Shown here one piece after another: positions 26,192-35,587 of a DNA stretch of 59,002 bases. The first letter of the stretch is position 1. Each line of letters starts with the position of its first letter. The notes beneath the pieces were generated by a model. That model made no database searches, was not told the origin of the DNA, and saw nothing but the letters and a program-made list of their open reading frames with translations. The DNA comes from Gemmatimonadota bacterium (GTDB lineage Bacteria; Orphanbacterota; Orphanbacteria; Orphanbacterales; Orphanbacteraceae). The position numbers were made by a program, and so were the translations under genes. The stretch covers positions 1 to 59,002 of the forward strand of contig JAGUYC010000313.1 of the NCBI GenBank assembly GCA_020061515.1, in the 5' to 3' direction.

Positions 26192-26816
26192 AGAGTACGA
26201 GGAGATTCTCCTGGAAGAGGAGGAGGCCCTCGGGGATGACTCGGCACCGCCAGAGGACTCACCCTCGGATGCGAAGAAACGCGAAGGTTTGCTCCCTTAC
26301 GAGCCCGCCCAGGTGAAGGCCCAGCGCCTCATGGCCTCGGTCGCTGATCCGGTTTCGGGCAAGCGACTTACGAAGAAGCGGATCGCCGAGCTTTGCGGTG
26401 TGGACCACCGCACTCTCTGGCGCTGGATTCGCGACCCGAAACGGGGCGGGAAACGGGAGTGGTACAAGGCGGTTGAGAGCTACATCCGGGACGGACTGGA
26501 GGCCGATTGGGCGCTCCTGGTCCGGGTGCAGCGCGACGAGGCGATCAGCGGGAAGGCGAAGGTGGGCGCGTTCCGGAATATCGCCCGCCTGCTTGGGAGG
26601 CTCGGGCCGGAGGGCATCGCGGAGATCCCCGCTGAGACCAAGACCGGCGTCGTGATCTACCTCCCGGACAACGGCTTTGGCCCTGAGCGCGCGACGGAGC
26701 CGCTGCCTCCTGAGATCGCGGCCCGCCTCGGCTACCCGGTCCAGGAGGCCCCGGCCACTGACAGCGGCGACACTGGCGACAGCGGCGACGCAGGCTGGGA
26801 ACGGGTAGGCGGTTGA
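26175..26816 (+). CDS. Hypothetical HTH-containing protein (acidic N-terminus; phage small-terminase/regulator-like)
   Basis: GTG start overlaps the methylase 3' end by 17 nt. LTKKRIAELCGVDHRTLWRWI looks like a helix-turn-helix. No further recognisable motifs. Confidence 0.5.
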   Translation: MTRHSEEYEEILLEEEEALGDDSAPPEDSPSDAKKREGLLPYEPAQVKAQRLMASVADPVSGKRLTKKRIAELCGVDHRTLWRWIRDPKRGGKREWYKAVESYIRDGLEADWALLVRVQRDEAISGKAKVGAFRNIARLLGRLGPEGIAEIPAETKTGVVIYLPDNGFGPERATEPLPPEIAARLGYPVQEAPATDSGDTGDSGDAGWERVGG

Positions 26817-27353
26817 TTGGGCTCCCCGCACGGGCAAGACCCGTTCCACGAAACTCAGAATCGACAGAATGGCCGTTTCCGGGGATCCTCGCCGAATCGG
26901 GTCTAACTCTTTGTTTTGTCGCCAGATAGACGGTTCAGGTTTACATAAAACACGTTATGCGATCCAGCCGATTCTTGGCCTGAATGTGGCATCCGGGTGC
27001 CTGCTGGCTGGCGTAAGGAGTCCGGATCTCCGCCATGCTCCTTGAGGCGCGAGGCAGCCTCCATTGGGGGTCCGGGGCCAGTGACCTCGTTCTCACGCCT
27101 CTGTGGGCGCTGTTCGCGCTCAGGGGGGCTGCAGCGAATCACAGCGCCCTGGTCGGCCGATGACCGGGGCGAAGGGGCGGTGACGGCGATGGGGATCTTC
27201 CCTGAGTCCGAGTCTGCCCGCGCTCTCAGCAGGACCTTGAACCGCGCCGGGTTCTCCGGAGGATCCGTTTCATCGGAGGATGGAGCGTCCAGGATTCGCG
27301 GAACCCGCACGGAGAAACCGGAGCGGTTCCCCCGGACACGCGTCTCAGCCGAG

Positions 27354-30300
27354 TCAAGAATCGAGGGGCTGGGCCGAGCGTCGGCCGCAGCTACGCAACC
27401 ACTGAGCCAAGTCTGGATCGATCCGGACTCCGAGCCGACATGTGACGACACCGAGCACCCTCTGAACTACGGTCGCGGGGGGGCCGAGCAGGGCGGTGGA
27501 GAGCTCGGCCTCAGCCTGATCGGGCGGTGTGAAGCGGAACCTCTCGCGCTTCAGCACCGCACGCCAATACCTGGCGAAGAAGGGCGCAACTGCCTTCCCG
27601 TAAACCGGTGTAGAATCCCCGACCGCAGATGAGAGCGAGTAGGCAGATACGATATGCCCCACCACGGCCTCTTCCGGACCCACGTCTGCTTTCAGGGTCG
27701 AGAATACGTAGGCCAGCGTCGCAAGATGGGGTTGCCTCTCTGCAGTCCATTCTCTCCCCCTCTCGACGATTCTCGCTCCAGTCATCGTGTCGTCAAGAAG
27801 CAAGTCGACCGCTTCGACAACCCCGAGCCAAAGAGCTGGGGATGATGCGCGCACGGCGATCTGCCGACAGATGTCAGCAATCTCGCCGAGGGCTTCGGAA
27901 GGCAGCACTGGAGCACCGGCCGATGGTGTGAGAGCGTGAAGCAGGGAAGGCACCACGGCTTGCCAAATAGCCCGTTCCTCAACCTCGTCCCACTCCTTGC
28001 TTGGGCGCGCTCCAAGTGTGTCCTCAAAGGACTGCACGGAAGCGTTCAGGCTCAAGGAGTTTCCCTCGTGTCTCTCCAGGATCTTGAAGGCCGCAAGGAC
28101 GTCGCAAGATATGCCGATAGCATCCTCGTACCTCGCGGCCGCTACGTGCAGGGCAAGCTGCCGAATGCCGATGCCTGCAATCCCCAGCGGTTTGCCACAG
28201 GCGATGGCGGCATCGTAGGCCCGCGCGGCCATGTCCGCGGCCACCATGTCATCGCCCACAGCGCTTGCATAGGTCGCCATCTGCCCCGTGTAGACCCACA
28301 TGTTCTCTGGCTTAAAGCGCGACGAGAGGTCGGGGTTCGGATTGAACAACATCCCAGGCACCGGCGCCGCATAGACTTCTCCGGAGGGAAGCCCGGCGGG
28401 GGGTTCTCCTGTGTCGGCGAGGCATGATAGATAGCCGCTGACGTGGCCCCATGCCACGGCCGTCGTGGTCCATCCACAATCGTCTTCTTGGCTGGCCAGC
28501 AAATGCTGGAGCCCCTCGAGGAACAGCGGGTACGCTGCACGGACTCCCTCTGACTGGAATCGAGCGATGGCGAGCTCCCCGAGGACTTTCGCAAGATAGA
28601 GCTCCGAGATTCCACTCTCGGCCCTGCAGATCTCAAGCGCCTCCTCAATGTGATGGACTGCGTCTACGACCCGGTCCCTGCCAGCGACGCGAGCCGCATG
28701 GACCAACGCGGTGACATGGACTAGTGGCAATCGGGTGTCGGCTAGAGGCAGAGCGGCTTCGAGGAATTCCCGTGCGTTCTCCGAGTCGCTGTGGTAGAGA
28801 TATTGTCGTCCCATGCACTCCTTGATGACGAAAGTGGCGGCGGCCGACCTAGCTGCACTGGATAGGCAGGCATCGACGATGCTCCTCGCCTTGAGGAGGT
28901 CGTTTCGGATCTCGCTGTGGATAACGACTTGAGTTCGAATTGATCCAGCCCAAATGAGATCATAGTCATGCCTGCTTGCCCAAGCCTCAATGAGCCTCAG
29001 ACTCTCCAAGACGCTTTCCCAGTCTCTTCCCTGCCCTGGGAGATCGTACTCCCTGAGGTAGAGACTATCCGACAGTTGCAGCGACCCGACCGGCGCAAGG
29101 TCGCTGTTGAAGAATACCTCCAGTTGCTCTGGCGTCAGGTCATCGACGGCGTCCATGAGTTCCTTTGGGTTCACTCCCTCGTCGAATCGCATGGTGTAAG
29201 TCCATAGAAGCTCTGCTGGCGCGGCCACGTTGGGAAACGGCCACTGCGTCCCAAGCTGGGACCGAGCATTTGCCTCACTGCTGAGAGCTGCCTTGAACAG
29301 GGGGAACGCGGAGCTCAACGAAATCTTGGGTATCAGGGTAGTGACGAGCAGCCCGGCAGAGAAGACGTGTATGGCGTCCTCGGCCTTCGCCTCCGCGACA
29401 AGGTCTCGCAGCTCGTCGAGAACGGTTCCCGCGGGGCGTCCCTGGCGCACGAGTAGGCGTAATTGGTGGCATCGTATCTGGATTCTAAGGCCCGACCCGA
29501 CGCAGCCCGGGATTCGCTGGTCGCCCCAAATAGAACCAGCAATGGCGTCGTAGCGCGTTTCAGTGTGACTTGTCAGTTGAAATAGCAGGTTGACTAAGTG
29601 CACACCTGCTCGATCGTACTCGGCGGCGTTCCAGAGGTAGCTGAAGACGGTCAGACCTTCATGCGGTGTGATAGTAACTTTCCTGAGAAGCTGCTCTGCA
29701 AGCCTCATCCGGCAGGTCGACTTTTCGGGCTCACCGACATCAAAGGCTCCAAGGATCCGAAACAGCGGAATGACTGTGAACCGATCTGCGTCCTCCTGGC
29801 TCAAACAAGTGTCGACGAGCTCCTGAACACGTTCGGCTGGCCGATCGACTTGAGGTTCAACCGCCGCGAGAAGTCTAGCATCATCGAAAGAAAACGTTCC
29901 GATGACGAGGTTTAGTCGATACAGAAGTTGGCGAGTCTGGGGGTCGCCGATCTCATCGAGGAGGCGGATGAGAACCTCTTTGCGCAGATCAGGAGCTTCG
30001 AGCCCACCGAGGAGCCCGAGAATTCCCCCGGCAGCCCGCGGGTATCCACGCTTTTGATAGAGGCGACCTGAAGCCGCCAACAGGAATGCGTGACCCCTGA
30101 CAGCGGCGTTGGTGGCCCTAGCGAATGCTGTCGTCTGTTCCCCAGGCGGAGCGCCGTAGGCAAGAAACGTCTCAATGGCCTCCTCATCCGTCAAGGGAGG
30201 CGAAGACCGAACCAAGCAAAGACCTTGTGGGATCAGCTCGCCAACTTTGCTCTCAGGCCGTTGTAGGGAGGTCGTCAAGACGTGCATTCCCCGCTTTGCG

Positions 30301-31631
30301 GCACCGGTCGCAAGCAGTAGCAGACGTTCGGAGAACGCGTCACGACCGGTCAGGAGGGGAATGTCGTCAAGCACAAGAATGGCTTGCTCAGGGAGGCGCT
30401 CCGCGAGCGAGGTGATAGAGTGCACGCAAGAGGTGAAGCCTTCGGATGTCGCGGGCGGCGCTGAGGCCAAATCCAACCTAAGGGCGGCCTCCGAAGGGGA
30501 TAGGCCCGAAAACGGTATCCAGGTGCTCGGTCTGCCAGTCTCCTGCACGATGAGCTTCGCGAGTTCGCTTTTGCCAGTGCCAGGGTGTCCGCAGATTGCC
30601 AGCCACGTGCACTCCTGGAGAGCCAGCAGGATCTCGCGAACGGTAGATGCGCGGTTGCTGCGCTTGGCGAGCGGAGGAGGAACAGCGGTTGGGTAGGGGA
30701 CATGACCCGGGTCGACCTCAGCGTGGGAGACGCTTCGAGTGATAGTTTCTGAGACTCTACGTTCGAGGACGGCAACTCTGTTCGAAATGCGCTGCTCGAA
30801 ATCCCCCAGCCGTTCATCCAGCAGCGATCGAACGACCGTGAGTATCGCCTCCTCACGAGGCCCGAGCGCAGGAAGAGCAAGGACATCGGCTCGGAGAGCA
30901 GTATCGAGCTTCTTGATACCTGGAAGACAAAGGGTCTCGAGAGTGGTCATGAAGAGGCGTTGGTACATCACGTGTGCCGCATCCGGGTCCTCTGCAAAGC
31001 GTGAACAGATCAACTGCTGAACTATCTCGCTGCGAAGCGTGTCATGTGACGGTGATCCTGTGCTCAGTTGGATCGATCGAACGAATTCGAGCAGCTCGAT
31101 ATCGCTGCAGCTCGTGAGAAACTCCTGGAAAGACGCCCATTCCTCGGCTGTGACATCGCGGGGTTTCCGCGCAGAACTGAGCATCCTCCTAATGGCTCGA
31201 AGGAGAGGTGTCGTCGCGTCATGTGCAAGCTCGGAACGGCGGAGCTTCTCCCACGCCTCGATGCCCGATTGAGACGGAGGGAGGCCAGAGCAACGCTCGA
31301 GCCCGACAGGCGCGGTTGTAGTGAACAAGAACCTGAGACGTAGTTCCGGGTTAAGGCAACGATGCGAACACGCGTTCGCGAAGGTGGCCAGAATCTCAGG
31401 GCTTTTCAGGGTCAGAGCCCGCGTACGGTGCTTCACCTGCTCAAGTGTTCTATGAGGATCCCTATCTCTTACAGACTTGGCGACCAAGTCAATGTCTTCA
31501 CCGCGTTCCAGTTCGAGGCACTCGCCATGTTGGAGCGAAAGCCACCGCAGGATCGTAGTGTTTACTTGATAGACGAATCCCCGGATGACTGGATATGCGT
31601 CCCGCTTACCCGTGACGTTGAACTCCGCCAT
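27354..31631 (-). CDS. Avs-like antiviral STAND protein: N-terminal Cap4/DUF4297-type PD-(D/E)xK nuclease, P-loop NTPase, long helical-repeat C-terminus
   Basis: The N-terminus reads IRGFVYQVNTTILRWL...LELERGEDIDLV...LEQVKH (the Cap4-nuclease pattern G.YQ ... ED.D ... EQVK). Walker A is GHPGTGKS (30567-30590) and Walker B is ILVLDDIP (DD at 30363-30368). About 900 aa of mostly helical sequence follow. The gene looks AT-richer than the flanks by eye. Confidence 0.7.
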   Translation of the reverse strand: MAEFNVTGKRDAYPVIRGFVYQVNTTILRWLSLQHGECLELERGEDIDLVAKSVRDRDPHRTLEQVKHRTRALTLKSPEILATFANACSHRCLNPELRLRFLFTTTAPVGLERCSGLPPSQSGIEAWEKLRRSELAHDATTPLLRAIRRMLSSARKPRDVTAEEWASFQEFLTSCSDIELLEFVRSIQLSTGSPSHDTLRSEIVQQLICSRFAEDPDAAHVMYQRLFMTTLETLCLPGIKKLDTALRADVLALPALGPREEAILTVVRSLLDERLGDFEQRISNRVAVLERRVSETITRSVSHAEVDPGHVPYPTAVPPPLAKRSNRASTVREILLALQECTWLAICGHPGTGKSELAKLIVQETGRPSTWIPFSGLSPSEAALRLDLASAPPATSEGFTSCVHSITSLAERLPEQAILVLDDIPLLTGRDAFSERLLLLATGAAKRGMHVLTTSLQRPESKVGELIPQGLCLVRSSPPLTDEEAIETFLAYGAPPGEQTTAFARATNAAVRGHAFLLAASGRLYQKRGYPRAAGGILGLLGGLEAPDLRKEVLIRLLDEIGDPQTRQLLYRLNLVIGTFSFDDARLLAAVEPQVDRPAERVQELVDTCLSQEDADRFTVIPLFRILGAFDVGEPEKSTCRMRLAEQLLRKVTITPHEGLTVFSYLWNAAEYDRAGVHLVNLLFQLTSHTETRYDAIAGSIWGDQRIPGCVGSGLRIQIRCHQLRLLVRQGRPAGTVLDELRDLVAEAKAEDAIHVFSAGLLVTTLIPKISLSSAFPLFKAALSSEANARSQLGTQWPFPNVAAPAELLWTYTMRFDEGVNPKELMDAVDDLTPEQLEVFFNSDLAPVGSLQLSDSLYLREYDLPGQGRDWESVLESLRLIEAWASRHDYDLIWAGSIRTQVVIHSEIRNDLLKARSIVDACLSSAARSAAATFVIKECMGRQYLYHSDSENAREFLEAALPLADTRLPLVHVTALVHAARVAGRDRVVDAVHHIEEALEICRAESGISELYLAKVLGELAIARFQSEGVRAAYPLFLEGLQHLLASQEDDCGWTTTAVAWGHVSGYLSCLADTGEPPAGLPSGEVYAAPVPGMLFNPNPDLSSRFKPENMWVYTGQMATYASAVGDDMVAADMAARAYDAAIACGKPLGIAGIGIRQLALHVAAARYEDAIGISCDVLAAFKILERHEGNSLSLNASVQSFEDTLGARPSKEWDEVEERAIWQAVVPSLLHALTPSAGAPVLPSEALGEIADICRQIAVRASSPALWLGVVEAVDLLLDDTMTGARIVERGREWTAERQPHLATLAYVFSTLKADVGPEEAVVGHIVSAYSLSSAVGDSTPVYGKAVAPFFARYWRAVLKRERFRFTPPDQAEAELSTALLGPPATVVQRVLGVVTCRLGVRIDPDLAQWLRSCGRRSAQPLDS

Positions 31632-31845
31632 GCTGTTATCTTACCCCGACTGCTGTATCAGAGAATAGCGAACCGTCCCGGCTCACTGAGCCTCTCCTTC
31701 CGCACGCTGGGGGCGATCGAGGATTCCGCTCTAGGTCCCCTGTGCCAAGACGTCGGAAAACACGCGTGCCTTCCCGTCTACTGGCCTCCAGGTGCCCGCG
31801 AAAGGGGGTTTCATCCGGCTGCCCTATCCTGTACCATTGCTTCAA

Positions 31846-34626
31846 ATGTCCACCGACACGATCACCCTCTCGCCCCAGCAGAAGCGGGTCATCGAGCACC
31901 GGGGGAGCCATGTCCAGGTGATTGCCTGCGCGGGCTCGGGGAAGACCGAGTCCGTGTCGCGGCGCGTCGCCGCCCTGGTGAACGAGGGGGTGCCGTCTGA
32001 GTCGATCGTCGCCTTCACCTTCACGGAGCGAGCCGCCGGGGAACTCAAGGAGCGCATCCACCAGAAGGTCGAGGAGGTCAAAGGGACCGACTTCCTCGGC
32101 CGCCTTGGGCCGATGTTCGTCGGGACCATCCACAGCTACTGCTTCCGGCTGCTCCAGACACACGTCCCGAAGTACGGGAACTACGACGTCCTTGACGAGC
32201 ACCGGCATATCGGGCTCCTCTCGCGCGAGTTCAAGCGGCTCGGCATCAGCCGCCTCGGCAGGGGCGAGAAGCACTGGAAGCCGATCGCGGAGTTCGCCTG
32301 GACCGCCGACGTCATCGGGAACGAGCTGATCAAGCCCAGCGACATCGAGGGAACCCCTCTCGGCGAGTGCTACAAAGACTACCTCGCCATGCTCAGCCGC
32401 TACCGGTTCCTGACCTTCAGCCGCATCATCTCGCAGGCGGTCGAAGTGCTCGACAAGAAAGCGGTCTACAAGCGCGTGCACGGCCCGCTCCGCCACCTCA
32501 TCGTCGACGAGTATCAAGATATCAACCCCGCGCAGGAGCGCCTGATCGAACTCCTCTCCGCGAAGCCGGTCGAGCTGTGCGTCGTTGGGGACGACGACCA
32601 ATCGATCTACCAGTGGCGGGGCTCGGACGTCGCCAACATCCTGAGCTTCGCGCGTCGACGCCGCGGTTCGGAGCTGGTCCGCCTGGAGACGAACCGGAGG
32701 AGCAGCCCCGCGATCGTGAAGGCGGCGAACGCCTTCGCCCGGTCGATCCCGGACCGCCTCGAGAAGGCGATGAGGCCGAAGCGCCCGGAGGCCCCCTCCC
32801 AGCTCGTCACCTGGAGCGCCGAGACCCCGGAGGAAGAGGCCGAGCAGATCGCCGAGACGATCGAGCGCCTGCACCAAAACGATTACCGCTACCAGGACAT
32901 CGGCGTCCTCTTTCGTTCCGTCCGCACCTCCGCGCCCGTCCTGATCGAGGCGCTGCAGGAGCGCGGCATCCCCCTCTCGTGCAGCGGCCGCACCGGGCTC
33001 TTCCTGATCCCCGAGATCAACCTCTTTGGGGAGATCCTTGCCTGGTTCGTCGACGAGGAGTGGCAGGACGAACGCTTCGGCCCTGCCCGGCCCGCCGATC
33101 TCGACAACATCGTCGTCGGCCTCAGCCGGAACTTCGGACGGAAGCGCGGCGAGATCCCCGGCCTCCGCACGTTCCTCGAAGATTGGAAGAAGCTCCGCCT
33201 CCGCGGCACGCGCCCGGTCAGCCTCGTCGGCGATTTCTACAAGCTCCTCCACTTCCTCGGCGCCCACACGATCGACATCGACGACCCGGAGGGGGCCGCG
33301 CGCTTCGGCGCCTTCGCCCGCTTCTCCGAGCTTCTCGCCGACTTCGAGCACGTCACGCGCCGCGGCTGCTACGTGGAGGAGCGCGGGAAGCGCGTCTTCC
33401 GGACCGGCCTCGATCGCGGGAAGGAGTACTATCGCCGCCTCTCCAGCTACGTGCGGCACTACGCGCGCGACGCCTACGAGGACTTCGCGGGCGAAGACCA
33501 CCAGGAGATCGACGCGGTCGATATCCTCACGATCCACCAGGCGAAGGGGCTCGAGTGGCCGATCGTCTTCTTGCCGTCGCTCACGAGCCGCCGCTTCCCT
33601 CCCGCTCGCGCGGGGAAGAAACGGGACTGGCTTCTCCCGGAGAGCGTTTTCCCCGAGGAAACGCAGCGTCGATACGAAGGCGGGGACACCGAGGAGCGCC
33701 GCCTCTTCTACGTGGCGATGACCCGCGCCCGCGACGCCCTCTACCTCTCCTACTTCGAGCACATCAAGCAGGAGATGAAGCCCTCGCGTTATCTCAAGGA
33801 GGTCGCGGACCGGAACGGCGGGATCCGCTCCTACTCGAAGCTCCCCCTTCCGCCGAAGCCGGAGAGGCTCCTCGAGCCGGAGCTCCCTCCCCTCGAGGTC
33901 AGCTTCTCGGAGATCGCGCACTTCGAGGAGTGCGGCCACCGTTATCGCCTGGCGTCGAACTTCGGGTTCCAGCAGGAGCTGGCCACTGAGCTGGGCTACG
34001 GGCGCGCGATCCACCACATCCTTCGGAACATCGCGGACGGTGCGCGAAGCACGGGGGAGGCGCCAACCGACCAAGAGATACGGAAGATCATGGACGACGA
34101 GTTCTACCTCCCCTTCGCGCGCCGCCCGGAGTTCGTTCGGATGTCGCGCGCGGCGCGCGGTCTTGTCGACCGGTACCTCTCCAAGTACGCGGACGATCTT
34201 CGCCGCGTCTGGGAGACCGAGCGGCCTTTTCAGCTCCGGCTCCCCGACGGGACCGTCTCCGGCCGCGCGGATGTGATCCTCGACGAAGAGGACGGGCTCC
34301 CCGGGCGTCTCGCGATCGTGGACTACAAAACGGCGACCGACCCGAGGCGGGACGAGCACTACCGAATGCAGATGGCGGTCTATGCCGAGGCGGCGAGGGG
34401 CGAAGGGCTCGATGTCGTCGCGGGGTACGTGCACGAGCTGAAGCACGGCGACCGCCACGCGGTCGACATCCGCCAGGAGACGAACGCCCAGGGTTTGGAG
34501 AAGGTCGCGAGTTCGGTCCGTGCGATCCGGACGGGGCGATTCGAGCCGTGCGTGTCGCAGGAGAAGTGCGCGACGTGCGATTATCGAATGGTCTGCGCGC
34601 ACTGCAAGGCGACGGAACAAGGTTAG
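31846..34626 (+). CDS. UvrD/PcrA-like SF1 helicase fused to a C-terminal Cas4/AddB-type PD-(D/E)xK nuclease with a 4-Cys Fe-S motif
   Basis: SF1 motifs AGSGKTE, TFTERAAGELKERI, VDEYQD, GDDDQSIYQWRG, TNRRS, TIHQAKGLEW and YVAMTRAR. Nuclease domain from ~33890: EECGHRY, GRADVIL...LAIVDYKT, QMAVYA and CVSQEKCATCDYRMVCAHC. The start may alternatively be GTG 31792. Confidence 0.9.
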   Translation: MSTDTITLSPQQKRVIEHRGSHVQVIACAGSGKTESVSRRVAALVNEGVPSESIVAFTFTERAAGELKERIHQKVEEVKGTDFLGRLGPMFVGTIHSYCFRLLQTHVPKYGNYDVLDEHRHIGLLSREFKRLGISRLGRGEKHWKPIAEFAWTADVIGNELIKPSDIEGTPLGECYKDYLAMLSRYRFLTFSRIISQAVEVLDKKAVYKRVHGPLRHLIVDEYQDINPAQERLIELLSAKPVELCVVGDDDQSIYQWRGSDVANILSFARRRRGSELVRLETNRRSSPAIVKAANAFARSIPDRLEKAMRPKRPEAPSQLVTWSAETPEEEAEQIAETIERLHQNDYRYQDIGVLFRSVRTSAPVLIEALQERGIPLSCSGRTGLFLIPEINLFGEILAWFVDEEWQDERFGPARPADLDNIVVGLSRNFGRKRGEIPGLRTFLEDWKKLRLRGTRPVSLVGDFYKLLHFLGAHTIDIDDPEGAARFGAFARFSELLADFEHVTRRGCYVEERGKRVFRTGLDRGKEYYRRLSSYVRHYARDAYEDFAGEDHQEIDAVDILTIHQAKGLEWPIVFLPSLTSRRFPPARAGKKRDWLLPESVFPEETQRRYEGGDTEERRLFYVAMTRARDALYLSYFEHIKQEMKPSRYLKEVADRNGGIRSYSKLPLPPKPERLLEPELPPLEVSFSEIAHFEECGHRYRLASNFGFQQELATELGYGRAIHHILRNIADGARSTGEAPTDQEIRKIMDDEFYLPFARRPEFVRMSRAARGLVDRYLSKYADDLRRVWETERPFQLRLPDGTVSGRADVILDEEDGLPGRLAIVDYKTATDPRRDEHYRMQMAVYAEAARGEGLDVVAGYVHELKHGDRHAVDIRQETNAQGLEKVASSVRAIRTGRFEPCVSQEKCATCDYRMVCAHCKATEQG

Positions 34627-34636
34627 AGGGATCAAC

Positions 34637-35509
34637 GTGAGTCTGTTCTCGCAACGCAAAGAGATACGCCCGCTCTCGAAGGCTCTCCAAGTCGAGTCCA
34701 TGGACGATGAACTTCGCAACAGCCTTTGGAGCGCTTTGACCAGCGCCCTCTGGCAACGCTGGGCCCCCTATAGGTTTGTCTCAGGCCGTTCTCTCGACAC
34801 AGCCTTGATCGAAGACCTGACATGTAAGATTTGGGTCTCCTACTTGAAGCAGCCGCTTGACGGGATGCCAGCATTCAAGAGTAGTGGACCATCATGCTAC
34901 GAGATTGTTCGTCGCCACTTCTTTGAGGGTCAGTGGTGGCAGAGCTATGATCTAATCGAGTTCCTGCTGAAGGAGTCTCCTGATGTATGGAAGAACACCA
35001 TGCGAAAGGCTCTGAACGCCGTACTCGAGATGGAGAGCGCTGCTTATCGCATTGTCGATGAGGAGGTCGTCCAGATCACGGACACAACCGAGATTGAGGC
35101 GATCGAAACGGCACTCGACACCACCTCCAAGGTGATCAGGTTGCACCTCTCGCGAGCGCTTGAACTGCTTTCGGACCGAAAGGAGCCCGACTACAGGAAT
35201 TCGATCAAGGAGTCCATCTCGGCTGTCGAGGCGGCGTCGAAACTCCTCACGGCAAAGCCCAAAGCGGAACTCGGGGACTGCCTGAAAGTACTCAAGAGCC
35301 ACGGCTCCCTGCACCCGGCGTTCGAGCAGGCCCTGAAGAAGCTCTACGGATACTCTAGTGACGAGGGCGGGATTCGACATGCTCTCACCGATGAGAGTGT
35401 CGTTCCAACCTGTGCCGACGCCAAGTTCATGCTTGTCGCGTGCTCGGCCTTCATCAACTTCCTTTGGACCAAGGCGGCCGAATTGAGGATAGAGATAGAC
35501 GGGCAATAG
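34637..35509 (+). CDS. AbiJ-like abortive-infection protein (AbiJ-NTD-like N-terminus, putative HEPN-like C-terminus)
   Basis: GTG 34637 lies 5 nt after GAGGGA and 10 nt after the helicase stop. N-terminus SLFSQRKEIRPLSKALQVESMDDELRNSLWSAL and C-terminus DYRNSIKESISAVEAASKLL...LYGYSSDEGGIRHAL match my memory of AbiJ-NTD4/HEPN_AbiJ proteins. AT-richer than the neighbouring genes. Confidence 0.6.
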   Translation: MSLFSQRKEIRPLSKALQVESMDDELRNSLWSALTSALWQRWAPYRFVSGRSLDTALIEDLTCKIWVSYLKQPLDGMPAFKSSGPSCYEIVRRHFFEGQWWQSYDLIEFLLKESPDVWKNTMRKALNAVLEMESAAYRIVDEEVVQITDTTEIEAIETALDTTSKVIRLHLSRALELLSDRKEPDYRNSIKESISAVEAASKLLTAKPKAELGDCLKVLKSHGSLHPAFEQALKKLYGYSSDEGGIRHALTDESVVPTCADAKFMLVACSAFINFLWTKAAELRIEIDGQ

Positions 35510-35587
35510 TGCGATGCGAGTCGGTCCTCGTACGAGGACTCGGCCGTCGCAAGAAATGGGAACACCAGCTAAGTCACGGAGATCCGC

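Noticed and set aside
26903-27451. A 182-aa reverse-strand ORF downstream of the Avs-like gene, as a possible small partner gene.
   Set aside because: It overlaps the Avs-like 3' end by ~100 nt in another frame. The product is S/P/R-rich with no motif and no RBS.
31636-34719. A 1027-aa ORF on the reverse strand. Similar very long ORFs occur at 45..1178(+), 7563..9401(-), 9692..11350(-), 12806..15196(+), 17726..19528(-), 37262..39607(-), 48730..50175(-) and 54426..58271(-).
   Set aside because: These are antisense or off-frame shadow ORFs typical of high-GC DNA. Their products are dominated by R/P/G/E/D runs with no motifs, and in each case the other frame or opposite strand encodes a protein with unmistakable family signatures (SF1 helicase, ROK, GPH, GH, Res, ileS and others).
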